From: Mobula hypostoma
Taxonomy: Eukaryota
DNA: 64,000 nucleotides
Assembly: GCF_963921235.1 (NCBI RefSeq)
Contig: NC_086108.1
Location: forward strand, 22,196,001 to 22,260,000
Reading direction: 5' to 3'
The position numbers were made by a program, and so were the translations under genes. Each line of letters begins with the position of its first letter. Position 1 is the stretch's first letter. The notes beneath the pieces are model-generated. The model saw nothing but the letters and a program-made list of their open reading frames with translations, made no database searches and was not told the DNA's origin. Shown in pieces: positions 52,480 to 63,225 of the stretch.

Positions 52480-54960
52480 ATTTTTGGTCCAAGACCCTTC
52501 TTCAGCACTCCGAAGTAAGGGGGAAAGAAACAGATAAAATGGTGGGGGAGAGGAAGGAGGACTAGCCAGAAGGTGATTGGCAAAGCTGGGTGGGTGGGAA
52601 AGGTAAAGGGCTGCAGAGGAAGGAATCTGATAGGAGAGAAGAGTGGACCATAGGAGGAAGCAGGGGTACCAGGGGGAGCTGATAGGCAGGTGAAGAGAAG
52701 AGATAAGAGGCCACAGTGGGGAATAGAAGAACTGGAAAAGGTGGAGGGAAAAATTACTGGAAGGAGAAATGGATGTTCCTGCCATCAGGATGGAGGCTAC
52801 CTAGACGGAATATGAGGAGTTGCTGCTCTACCCCAAGAGTGGCCTCATCATGACAGAAGAGGAGACAATGGACCAACACTTTCAAAACAGGAATTGGAAT
52901 AGGGATTAAAATAGTTGGCCATCAGAAAATTCGGCTTTTGGCAGACGGAGCTGAGGTGCTGGACAAAGGCCTCGCCCAATTATGTTGGGTCTCACCAATG
53001 CAGAGGGAGCCACATCGGGAGCACTGGACACAATAGGCGACCCCAGCAGATTCACAGGAGAAGTGTTGCCTCACCTGGAAGGACTGTTTGGGGCCCTGAA
53101 TGGAGGTGAGGGAGGAGGTGAATGGGCAGGTATAGTATTTCTCTTGCTTTCCATGTCAGGACAGAGATTAGTGGGGAGGGATGAATGACAAGGGAATCAC
53201 AGAGGGAGCAATACCTGCAGAAAGCAGAGAGTGGAGGGGAGGTTTGATGGTAGCAACCTGTTAAAGATGGCAGGGGTTGCAGAGAATGATGTGTTGGATG
53301 CGGAGCCTCACAAAGTAGGTAAGGATGAGAGGAACTGTTAAGGTGGTGGGAAAATGTGGTGAGCGCAGATGTCTGGGAAATGGAGGAGATGCGGGTGAGA
53401 GCAGCGTCAACGTGGAGGGAGGTAAACCCCGTTCTTTGAAGAAGGAGGACATCTCTGATGTCCTGGGAGGGAAAGCCCCATCCTGGGAACAGATGCAGCA
53501 GAGAAAAAGGAACTGAGAAAAGGGAATAGGATTTTTACAGGAGACAGTGTGGGAAAAGGTATAGTCAAGATAGCTATGGGAATCGTTAGGGTTATAGAAG
53601 ATGTCAGTAGACATTTTGTCTCCAGAGATGGAGATGGAGTGATCGAAGAAAGGAGGTGTCAGAAATGGACCAAGTGAATTTCAGGGCAGGGTGGGTGGGA
53701 GGCAAAGTTGATGAAATTGATGAGCTCAGCATGGGTGCATGAAGCAGCACCAATGCAGTCATCAATGTCATGGAGTGGGAGGAGCCAAAGGAGAAATTAT
53801 TGAGCATGAGGACCAGCTGTGGCAGACGGAGGAAGGTGGTGGTGGAGGGGAACTGGTTGGGTTCTTTGTTGGGAAAGAAGTGGAGGACTTTAAGGCCTTC
53901 CTGATGGCGATTAGAAGTGTATAGGGACTGGATGTCCATGGTGAAAATGAGGCGGTCATGGCCAGGGAATTGAACGTTGTCGAGGAGATTGAGAGTTTGT
54001 GAAGTGTTGCGGATGTAGGTGAGATAGAATGAAGTTGGTGCAATTCCAGTGGAGCAGGAGTAGGCAGAGACAATGGGCCTACCTGGTCAGTCAGGTTGTG
54101 GATCTTGGGTAGGAGGTAGAAACGAGCAGTGCCGGATAAGGGAACGATAAGTTTGATGGCAATGGATGGGAGTTCTCCAGAGTTGATGTGCTTAGTGATG
54201 GTATTGGAGACAATTTTCTGATGAAAATTGGGGTGGGTCCTTTTCAAGGAGTAAGCAAGAGGAGGTGTCTGAGAGTTACTGCCTGGCCTCAGCAAGGTAG
54301 AGGTCAGTCTGCCAGACTACAACGGCACCCCCTTTGTCTGCAGATTTGATGGAGGGCAGTGTGTTCTGAGGGGGAGAGAGGAGTGCTGAAGTCCAGTCGG
54401 TTGATGTCGGCAATTTGAGATGAAAAGATCCAGAGCGGGGTGTCCAAGAAGGGAAGGAGAATTGAAGACGGGGGAAGGGGTCATCGGTGTGGGGTGGTGA
54501 ATCCTTGTCAAAGATGTGGGCTCGGAGACAGAGATCGCGGAAGAAGAGCTTGGTGTCGTGGCAGGTGTGGTACTCACTGAGGCGTGGGCGAAGGAGGATG
54601 AAGGTAAGACTCTTGCTGAGAACAGAACATTCCACCTCAGAAAGGGGAGGGTCAGAGGGAATGGTGAAGACACGGCAGGTATTAGAGCTGGGATTAAAGG
54701 GAGGAGGAGAGTTGGCTTCAGAGGAGGGGGAGGGTTGGGGTGTCCGAGGAAGATGGAGGCTCTGAGAATCTAAGAGGTGACAGGGGAGCCTGAGAGACCC
54801 GGGGTGGGAGAGTGGCAGTGGGGGAAGGGAAGCCTGGGGCCCAGCAGCAGCAAGGAAGTTCTTGGCCTTGAACTGGTGGTGGCCGAGGTCCAGACTGGAG
54901 CCAGAGGCTAGAGGCCATGTAATTTGTGGTGTGAAGGCATCCGGGGTTGTTGGAACCAGA
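52480..54960 (-). mobile_element. Decayed Penelope-like retroelement (RT + GIY-YIG endonuclease)
   Basis: Fragments IKSADKGGAVVVW, ARFYLLPKIH, MDIQSLYTS and TDIFYNPNDSHSYLDY..SH. GIY-YIG-like AYCVQCSRCGSLCIGET near 52985-53040. Confidence 0.88.
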
Positions 54961-54991
54961 TCTGACCCATGCAGTCATGGGAAGAATGTGC

Positions 54992-55311
54992 AAGCTCCAC
55001 CCAGACAGCAGTGAGCTGCGAGGTAGTGTGTCTGTCTGTCTGTCTGTCCCTCCCTTCCTAAGCTCCATCCAGACAGCAGTGAGCTGCGAGGTTGTGTGTC
55101 TGTCTGTCTGTCTGTCCCTCCCTTCCTAAGCTCCATCCAGACAGCAGTGAGCTGCGAGGTTGTGTGTGTGTGTGTGTGTGTGTGTCTGTCTGTCTGTCTG
55201 TCTCTCCCTCCCTTCCCCCCTCCCTTCCCAAGCTCCACCCAGACAGCAGTGAGCTGCGAGGTAGTGTGTGTGTGTGTGTGTCTGTCTGTCTGTGTCTCTC
55301 CCTCCCCCCCC
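54992..55311. repeat. Four-copy minisatellite (AAGCTCCAYCCAGACAGCAGTGAGCTGCGAGGT plus variable TG/TCTG/CCCT microsatellite)
   Basis: Units start at 54992, 55060, 55128 and 55230 (spacing 68, 68 and 102 bp). Confidence 0.95.
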
Positions 55312-55805
55312 AATCATTCAGTCTTGCTCTTGCTGCTTTCACACTGTTTATCATAACAAAGTGTAAAATATCCTCTTAGAGCCAATCAATGAGGCAACAT
55401 GATCACAAACATCTCATGCATGTAATATTTTTCTGTTAAGAAAACTAGTGTCATTAATTTGGAGTCACTTTTCCAACAGAAGCACATCTTCCCTATTGGA
55501 GAGTGTGGAAAAATATATTTTTCCAAGGTCAAAATCAATCCAATTTCAAAAGAGTCCTTCCTCATTCCCAACCTTTACCACCTAAAAGACGAGGTTTGCA
55601 ATTGCATGGGAGAACCAAATGACAAATTGCTCCAACTTGGAAATAAATCTTAGTTATACCCACTGCAGCGGTTAAAGAAAGGCAGCCCATATCCTGTGAG
55701 TAAAACAACATTTAAAGGTACATTGTCCTATTGTAATGAAGAGAATTATTTTGCTTAGTAACTTTTTGTATGAATTAAAGTTAATTAATATTGTCTTTAT
55801 TTCAG

Positions 55806-55880
55806 AAAGCCCAAATGAAGAGTGTGGATACAACCAGAGGCCAGGAGAAATCTCGCAGGTGGAGCCCACTTCTGAGAATG
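55806..55880 (+). CDS. Symmetric phase 1-1 exon (75 nt) of the unidentified gene
   Basis: tctttatttcag acceptor and ATG|gtaaag donor. Open frame (E)SPNEECGYNQRPGEISQVEPTSEN. The donor flank gtaaagtggtgag resembles gtaaaatggagag of the repeat exons. Confidence 0.65.
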
Positions 55881-56291
55881 GTAAAGTGGTGAGATGTGTG
55901 TTTGTGAGGAACACGGTCCCAGTTGAACAGAATGGATGTTGGACCTGTCGTGTTTCAAGCTGTAAAGCAAAACTAAACACAAATACAAAGGCAGTAGTAA
56001 CTGAAACATTAGAACATGCAGTGATATAAGTGGTGTAGAAGGAATTAAGTAGATTTGAATTGCTAGTTAATGGTGTGTATGAATTGTATATTATTTTATA
56101 CACAGTGCCTTGAAAAACTGGTCAGCCCCCAACCCTTTGTTCATGTCATTTTTTAAAATTTTATTTTATTTTATTGAGATGCAGCGTGAAGTCAGCCCTT
56201 CCGGCCCTTCGAGGCGCACCGCCCAGCAACTCCCGATTTAACCCTCATCTCATCTCGGGACAGTTTACAATCACCAATTCATCGACTAACC

Positions 56292-58748
56292 TGTTGGCCA
56301 TGGTGGATTTCTGTGTACATACATCTATTGATGCTTCTGGACACATCTTCAGTGATGTTCCTGGAATCATCGGGTGTTTTGGGTCTTTCAACAGCATACA
56401 ACCTCCTCCAGGTGACCCAGCCGGGGCTGATCAGACCCCAGCTTGTGTCCAGATGGCTAGCTACTTATGACTCCATGGCTCCCTTCTTTTGAGCCACAGC
56501 CATCTTGAGGCCCTCTCTGCCGCATCGGTGGTACTGCGGATGGCTCTCCTCTTCCTCTCTCCCTCGATGCCCAAAATGCTGAAGGCTCTAACTAAAGAAC
56601 GGGCTATGAATCCCCTACAACCAACCTCCACTGGGAGACACCTCGCACGCCATCCAGCCTGCTGACAGTTGCTGACCAGTCCTGCGTATTTGGAGAGCTT
56701 CCTTTCAAAGGCCTCTTCCAAGCTATCTTCCCATGGGACTGTCAGCTCCAGCAGCACCACTTGCTGAGTTGACTCAGCCACTAGGGCAATGGTCACAGGG
56801 TGGTGGCTGCGATATGGTTGGGGAACTTCAGCTGCCCATCGAGGTCCACCAACAGCTGCCAGTCCCTTGCAGAGGTCAGAATGCCTGCAGATGTTCTTTT
56901 GGCAGGTATTGGTTGCTCCCCAGCTCTGACAAAGGCAATGGTCTGCTTGGAGGGTCGGGACCACTTCGCCCACTCAACGCCTACACTCACGGCTTCAGCG
57001 ATGGTTTTCAGGTCCTGATCATGCCTCCACCTGTACCGTCCCTCACCAAGTGCCCTTGCACAGCCGCTGAGGATGTGCTCCCGGGTTCCTCGCTTGGAGC
57101 ACAGTGGGCACGCAGATGACTCTGCCTTGCCCCATGTGTGCAGGTTTGATGGGCTTGGAAGCACATTGTACACTGCCTGGATGAGAAATTGGATGCGGTG
57201 TGGTTCGGCTTTCCAAAGATCAGCCCAGGTCACTTCCTCTCAACCGCATTCTCCCATCTTGTCCAAGCTCCCTGTTGCTTCATTCCCACCGCCTTGCAGG
57301 CTCTCATCTTCTCTACTACTGCTCTCACCTCCTCCTGAACTAGACGACGCCTTTCCTTCCCTCTGGTGTCCATTTGGGGAGTTGGAAAGGATCCTAGCCC
57401 AGCTCGGCCTCGTGTGACCACTCCCACCAGCCTCCTGTGACGTAGCCTCGCCTCTGTCTCCTGAACAGCTTCCTCTGCCCTCCACTTCCTGCCAGTACTT
57501 ACTTGGATTCCTGCTCTAGCCACCTTCGGGTCACTTGAGTCCCTATACTGTAGCACTTCTCTGGCTCTTGTTACCTTGAATTCTTCCTCCAAGGATTTGA
57601 AGGGCAGTTGCAGTGTGTTGTGGTGTCCATAGAGTGCAATGCTGCTCAGGCTCTTTGGCAGCCCCAGCCATCTCCTGAGGTGGTTGCTAACCCTCCTCTC
57701 TAAGGTTTCGACTGTCGAGATCAGAACTGCATAGACGAGGAGGGGCCACAGGATTGTGGGAAGAATGCCATGCTGATACACCCAGGCTTTAAACTTCCCA
57801 GGTAGGCCAGACTTGTCCACAGATTTCAGCCAGCCATCCAACTCGGTGCAGGTTGCCTGAATGGATATTGTGTCCCTTAAAGAGCTGTCAAAACTTTGCC
57901 TAAGCTCTTGACTGGCTTTTCTGTGATGGTTGGGATGGCTGTGCCTGCGATGCTGAACCGGAACTTGATTTAAAATAGGGAAGACGAATGAAGGACGGTG
58001 AAGCAGACAGACCAATTGCCTTTGTTCTTGCCATGAGGGAGAAGATGGAGGCTGCCATTTTATGAAGATACTGTATACCCCATTTTGTGAATCATTCGCT
58101 TGGCTTGATCAGTGTTTTAAAGTTGACACAATGGTGCCTCAAGTAATCTGCTGAACGAGGGATCATTTCCAAATAAGAAGTTACTTGTGAGGTGTTCTTT
58201 GGTTGGATATAACATGCAAGTTTTTGACTGTTAGGGTCTGAACCTGTGTTGTGTGATTCAAGCTGGTTGCTGAGTGAGAACAGAGAGCCGTACATTACCG
58301 ATTGTCACTTGCTGGGAAGAGGGCAATAGGTGGATGTAGGCTGGGAACAAGAGGCAATAAAAAGGTGTTAAAGGTCAGACATGTGACTTATAGCCAATGA
58401 CATTGGAATATAACATTTGAATTGGTAAGGAATAATATAGAAGTGGACACTTTGATTGTGCTATCAGCGATAACTCTCTCCAGAGACCCACAATCGCAAG
58501 GAAGAACCCCCACGCCAGGGGCTGGGAGAAGAAGGATCGGTCATCTCCCAGTTCTGTGCTGTAAATTGGAGAAGTGGTCTGAGTGAGTACTGGTACAAAG
58601 GGCACAGTAGAAGTCATGATCTCAGTTGTGGCCTGGGCTCAACATAGTTACGTTGTTGTTTGTGCAGAGACAATAAAGTGCGAGTTTTAATTAATTACGA
58701 GTTACGTAGTGAGTTTCTTAATCTAGTTCTGTCGATGAACAGTCAGCA
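56292..58748 (+). mobile_element. Probable solo LTR (about 800 bp once the Hero insert is removed)
   Basis: TGTTGGC...GTCAGCA termini, near-perfect 4-bp TSD AACC/AACT, and AATAAA about 70 nt before the right end. Confidence 0.6.
56311..57966 (-). mobile_element. Hero-like (R2-group, RLE endonuclease) non-LTR retrotransposon, 5'-truncated
   Basis: RT thumb (SGLPGKFKAWVYQHGILP), CCHC knuckle CPLC..EHILSGC, RWRHD and RLE motif VVLLELTVPWE...PVEVGCRG. Possible GATTT TSD. Confidence 0.88.
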
Positions 58749-58850
58749 AACTGGTATGTCTTTGGACTGTGGGAGGAGATCCACACGGTCATGGGGAGAA
58801 CGTACGTTCCTTACAGGCAGCGGCGGGAAAGCGTTGTGCTGGCGTCCCAC

Positions 58851-59280
58851 CTGTGTACATACATCTATTGATGCTTCTGGACACATCTTCAGTGATGTTC
58901 CTGGAATCATCGGGTGTTTCGGGTCTTTCAACATCATACAACCTCCTCCAGGTGACCCAGTTGGGGCTGATCAGACCCCAGCTTGTGTCCAGATGGCTAG
59001 CTACTTATGACTCCATGGCTCCCCTCTTTTGAGCCACAGCCATCTTGAGGCCCTCTCTGCCGCATCGGTGGTACTGCGGATGGCTCTCCTCTTCCTCTCT
59101 CCCTCGATGCCCAAAATGCTGAAGGCTCTAACTAAGGAACGGGCTACGAATCCCCTACAACCAACCTCCACTGGGAGACACCTCGCTCTCCATCCAGCCT
59201 GCTGACAGTTGCTGACCAGTCCTGCGTACTTGGAGAGCTTCCTTTCAAAGGCCTCTTCCAAGCTATCTTCCCATGGGACT
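58851..59280 (-). mobile_element. Second, shorter Hero-like copy (3' 430 bp)
   Basis: Near-identical to 56311-56740, with the same 3' terminus. Confidence 0.9.
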
Positions 59281-60259
59281 AGGAGTATTTCACCCAAGGA
59301 TTTTGATCAATTTCACTGTGAATTTTTAATTGTGCATCACATGCTCTTTTTTTCACAGTAGAGCCCAAAAAATTGGAGAATTGTACAACATGAAAACTAA
59401 AAATTCAAAAACTGAAATATTGGCAGTTCAAAGGTATTCACCCCCCCTTTGCTCAGTATTTAGTTGAACCACCTCTCACTGCTGTTACAGCCCGTAGTCT
59501 TTTGGATCAGCCTCTACCAACTTTGTACAGCGTAATGGAGCAAGATTTGCCCATACCTTCTTCTACCAACTTTGTACAGCGTGATGGAGCAAGATTTGCC
59601 CATACCTTCTTGAAAAACTGCCCAGGCTGTGCCAGGTTAGTTAGGGAGTGGCAGTGGACAGCAGTCTTGCGGTCTTGCCAGAGATATTCAATTGGGTTAA
59701 AGTCAGGACTCTGACTGGGCCACTCAAGGACATCAATTTTTTTCACTTGAAGCCCTCCATGGTCGCTCTGGCAGTGTGCTTTGGGTCGCTGTCCTGCTGA
59801 AAGACCAACTTCCTCCCCAGTTTAAGCTTTCTGGCAGCGTTCATCTTCCCATGAATCTTGAGCAGATTTCCAATTCCTGCTGCCGTAAAGCATACTTTAC
59901 AGTAGGGATGGTGTTACCTGGCTGATGCACGCTGTTAATTTATGCCACATTTACTGTTTAGTGTTGAGGCCAAAAAATTTCGCTTCGGTCTCATCTGACT
60001 ACAAGATCTGTTTCCACATCTTTACAGTGTCTTCTAAGTGACACTTTGCAAAGTCTTTAAGGACAAGGATCTGCTCTTTGTTTTTTTTTTAAACCAAGGC
60101 TTCTTCCTTGCCACTCTTTCATAAATCCCCTTTTTGTGCAAGAGCTTAAAGATTGTGGATCCATAAACTTCATCTCGAGTTGCCGCCGCTGACTTCCGCA
60201 GTTCACTCAGAGTTGGCATCACAGTGGCCCCTGTTCCAGAATCGCTGAGTGTGTGCAGC

Positions 60260-60574
60260 CACCCAGGGCGTGCCCTCTTCTCACTGTTACCGTCAGGAAG
60301 GAGGTACAGAAGCCTGAAGGCACACACTCAGCGATTCAGGAACAGCTTCTTCCCCGCTGCCATATGATTCCTAAATGGGTATTGAACCCATTAACACCAC
60401 ATCACTTCTTTATTATTTCTGTTTTGCACTATTTTTAATCTAACTATTTAATATACATACATATTAACATTTATTTTGTTTCTTTCTACATTATCATGCA
60501 TTGCATTGTCCTGCTGCTGCAACATTAACACATTTCATGACACATGCTGGTGGTAATAAACCTGCCTCTGATTC
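60260..60574 (+). mobile_element. Rex1/Babar 3' tail fragment
   Basis: CAGGAAGGAGGTACAGAAGCCTGAAGGCACACACTCAGCGATTCAGGAACAGC matches 50403-50455. Ends AATAAACCTGCCTCTGATTC. Confidence 0.85.
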
Positions 60575-60591
60575 TTTCTTTCCCCCATTAG

Positions 60592-60699
60592 AACCTATCA
60601 ATGAGAATGGGAGATGTAACAGTTTACCAATGAGGGATACACAAGACGCGGAGTGTTCCAAAGATCCAAAAGAGCTTCAAGTCGGAGCAGATAATGAAG
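60592..60699 (+). CDS. Repeat exon A (108 nt, phase 1-1) of the unidentified gene
   Basis: cccccattag acceptor and AAG|gtaaaa donor. Encodes (E)PINENGRCNSLPMRDTQDAECSKDPKELQVGADNE. Confidence 0.75.
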
Positions 60700-61757
60700 G
60701 TAAAATGGAGAGGAGTTGCACGGCATTCCCTGTGTTGGGTCTCTTGTCTATTCAGTTCTCATTTAATCAAAAATACTGCAGTATGGAGTATGTGCTTTCC
60801 GATTCCTCACCAGATGCCATGCAGAATTCTCAGCAGAAGAATGGTGCCCTATGTTTAATTCTGAAGTTCATGTCAATCTCATTTGAAACCCAAAGTTTGG
60901 GAGAGCAGGGAGAACATTCTCATCCCTTTTTACATCATCAAGCACAATTCTTTACAGTATTTATACTTACAGATGCCTGCTTTTACAGTATTACCTCGAT
61001 GGAAGCACTCAACAATAAAGTTGTAGACCTCATACTTGCTTCAGTGCGATTCTCTGATCCTAGCTGCAAACTGCATCTGCTAAACCATCATAAGTCTAGC
61101 CAGCAATTCTGCAAGTGAGATAATGCACATCCTGTTTAATCACTTAATATACAAACTCCAGTCAACATTAAATGACTTTATGATTGTAGATGGTGAAAGC
61201 GAGCTTACTGCTTGTCTGCCTGCCGTCTTTGATTCATTTATCTTTCTGGTTAATCAAATATGAACATCACAGATGCCTGTCCCCAGGCAATTTGATTCAC
61301 TGCATGTGATGTCAAGAATCAGCAAGGAGCATGAAGGATAGGGGTTCAGACATCACTCCAGTCTTACCTGTGAAGACCTGTGCCTCTAGAAAGCTGTTCC
61401 AGTACGGTTGCAACACTGTCATTGTGGAAAATTGTCTGGTATGTCCTGTTCACAAAGTGCTGGATTTACTCAACTCAGCTAATTACCATTCCTTCAGTCT
61501 GTTCTCAAACCCCAGCAGTCTGATGGAAGGTGGTGTTGACAGTGTTTCAAGAGCCAGCTACTCACTAGTAACCTGTTGTACACCAGGCCTCATCACAGCT
61601 TTACCAAGAACACTGTCTTTTTTTTTTAACAAAGATTTCAACTTTCACTAAGCTTTTTCATCATTGCAAGTGTTTTTTTCCCATCTTTTGAATAAGCTTT
61701 CTCTCTATTTGGAATGATCACTGATGATTCTTATCTGTATTCCACCAGTTTCCTCAG

Positions 61758-61865
61758 AACCTCTAAATGGTAAAGAGAGATCTGATGAGAAGCCATTGAT
61801 TGATGAACAAGATTCAGAAAGTTCCGAGAATCCAAAGGAATTTGAAGTTGACGAGGATAATGAAG
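61758..61865 (+). CDS. Repeat exon B (108 nt, phase 1-1) of the unidentified gene
   Basis: tttcctcag acceptor and AAG|gtaaga donor. Encodes (E)PLNGKERSDEKPLIDEQDSESSENPKEFEVDEDNE. Not called in this frame by the ORF track. Confidence 0.78.
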
Positions 61866-62574
61866 GTAAGATGGAGAGGAGCTGCAGGGCCAGTCTTTGA
61901 GCTTTATTCCCTGTGCTCACATCTCCCATACCCCCATCTCTCACATACTCAGAAATACACTGGGATGCTTTCTCATTCCTCACCAGGAGTTCCACTTTGA
62001 AGAATGTAGACATGTTCGATGCTGAGATCTCTGTCAATCTCATTTTAAGACTGTGGATAGGAAGAGCAGGGAGGATATTCTCACCTTTTTTTTCGCTGCC
62101 TTGCATTACCAAGCAATCTGCATACTGCTATCTGGTTGAAAGTTACCTTTGATTAAAGTAATCATAACGTATTACAGATGGGGAAATAATGAGAAAGCTT
62201 TAGCTGAAGATGATAGAAATTTTGGTTACGCCCCTGAATGTAAGTAAAGCCAGTTAATTGGTTGATATCTGGTTCAGGACTGTGCTCTGTTATTTTCCAT
62301 GAAGTTCAGCTATTTGGTAGAACATTTAATTGGCTTCAGAATAGCATCAATACTCTTTATAGACACTGCTTTTCTGCTGAGTTGTACAAGATTAACATAC
62401 AAATTAGTGAAACAGTTTTGAACAGAGGTGGGAACTAATTCATATTGCTGCTCTTTTTCTCAGTGGATTCCTGTGCTTGATTTACTAGTTGTCCAGCTGG
62501 TTGCATCTTCCTATTATACAAGTCAAGCCCTGTTTTGTGTTTATGTCTAGTTGCCAATAAATCTCCAGACAATT

Positions 62575-62950
62575 TTCTTCTCCGTTCCCCATTTTGGCTC
62601 CCCTCGTACCCCTTCCTTTCCAGCCGCTCATCACCTCCGCCCCCCCGGTGCCACCACTCCTTCCGTTTCTCCCATGGCTTACCCTCCCCTCCTATCATTT
62701 TCCATCTTCAGTCTTTCACCTTTCCCACCTCTCACCTCACCCACCCACTTTCCCCCTTGGCTGGCTTCACCTATCACCTTCTAGCTTGTACTCCTTTCTC
62801 TTCCCCCACCTTCTTATTCTGGCTTCTGTCCCCTTCCTTTCCAGTCCTGAGGCAGGGTCTCGGCCGAAACGCCGAATGGTTATTTCCCTCCATGAGTTCT
62901 TCCATTATTTTGTGTGGGTTGCTCTGGATTTCCAGCATCTGCAGAATCTT
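62575..62950 (+). mobile_element. Penelope-like terminal fragment
   Basis: Pyrimidine-rich body ending AGGGTCTCGGCCGAAACG...GATTTCCAGCATCTGCAG, the reverse complement of the 45700 and 37472 repeats. Confidence 0.7.
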
Positions 62951-63120
62951 TTGAGTTCTTGAAAGGATCTTGATTAGAGTTCAGTCAGCAATCATGTTTA
63001 TGCAAAGATTTTATATTTGCAGAGAATGTTCATTGTTATGAGTTGGCACCATTTTGATTAATAACATGTCTGTATTTGGAACTGTGCTAATCATTCTTAG
63101 TTTTATTTCTGTTTCCCTAG

Positions 63121-63225
63121 AACCCATGAATGAAAAATGGAGACAAGATGAGATACCGACAAATGCGCAAGACTTGAATTGCTCCAAGGATCCAAAAGAA
63201 ATTGACATTGAAGAAGAGAATAAAG
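63121..63225 (+). CDS. Repeat exon C (105 nt, phase 1-1) of the unidentified gene
   Basis: gtttccctag acceptor and AAG|gtaaaa donor. Encodes (E)PMNEKWRQDEIPTNAQDLNCSKDPKEIDIEEENK. Confidence 0.78.

Larger units (their letters stand above)
56150..58850 (-). mobile_element. V-SINE-like SINE split into about 56150-56291 and 58749-58850
   Basis: The two halves join into a SINE collinear with the copy at 22870-23155 (...ACTAACC|GGTATGTCTTTGGACTGTGGGAG...). Confidence 0.75.
56103..60230 (-). mobile_element. Tc1-like DNA transposon relic split by nested insertions (parts about 56103-56148 and 59281-60230)
   Basis: CAGTGCCTTG-type Tc1 terminus at 56103. ORF 59507..59746 has VLEWPSQSPDFNPIEYLW (DD34E region). 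ORF 60034..60327 has LHKKGIYERVARKKPW. Internal 49-bp tandem duplication at 59513-59610. Confidence 0.8.

Noticed and set aside
54992..55311. CRISPR-like repeat/spacer appearance
   Set aside because: The context is eukaryotic, the spacers are low-complexity microsatellite, and there are no cas genes.
60501..61118. 205-aa single-exon ORF
   Set aside because: It is a Rex1 tail plus repeat exon A plus intron read-through. Only 60592-60699 has splice support.
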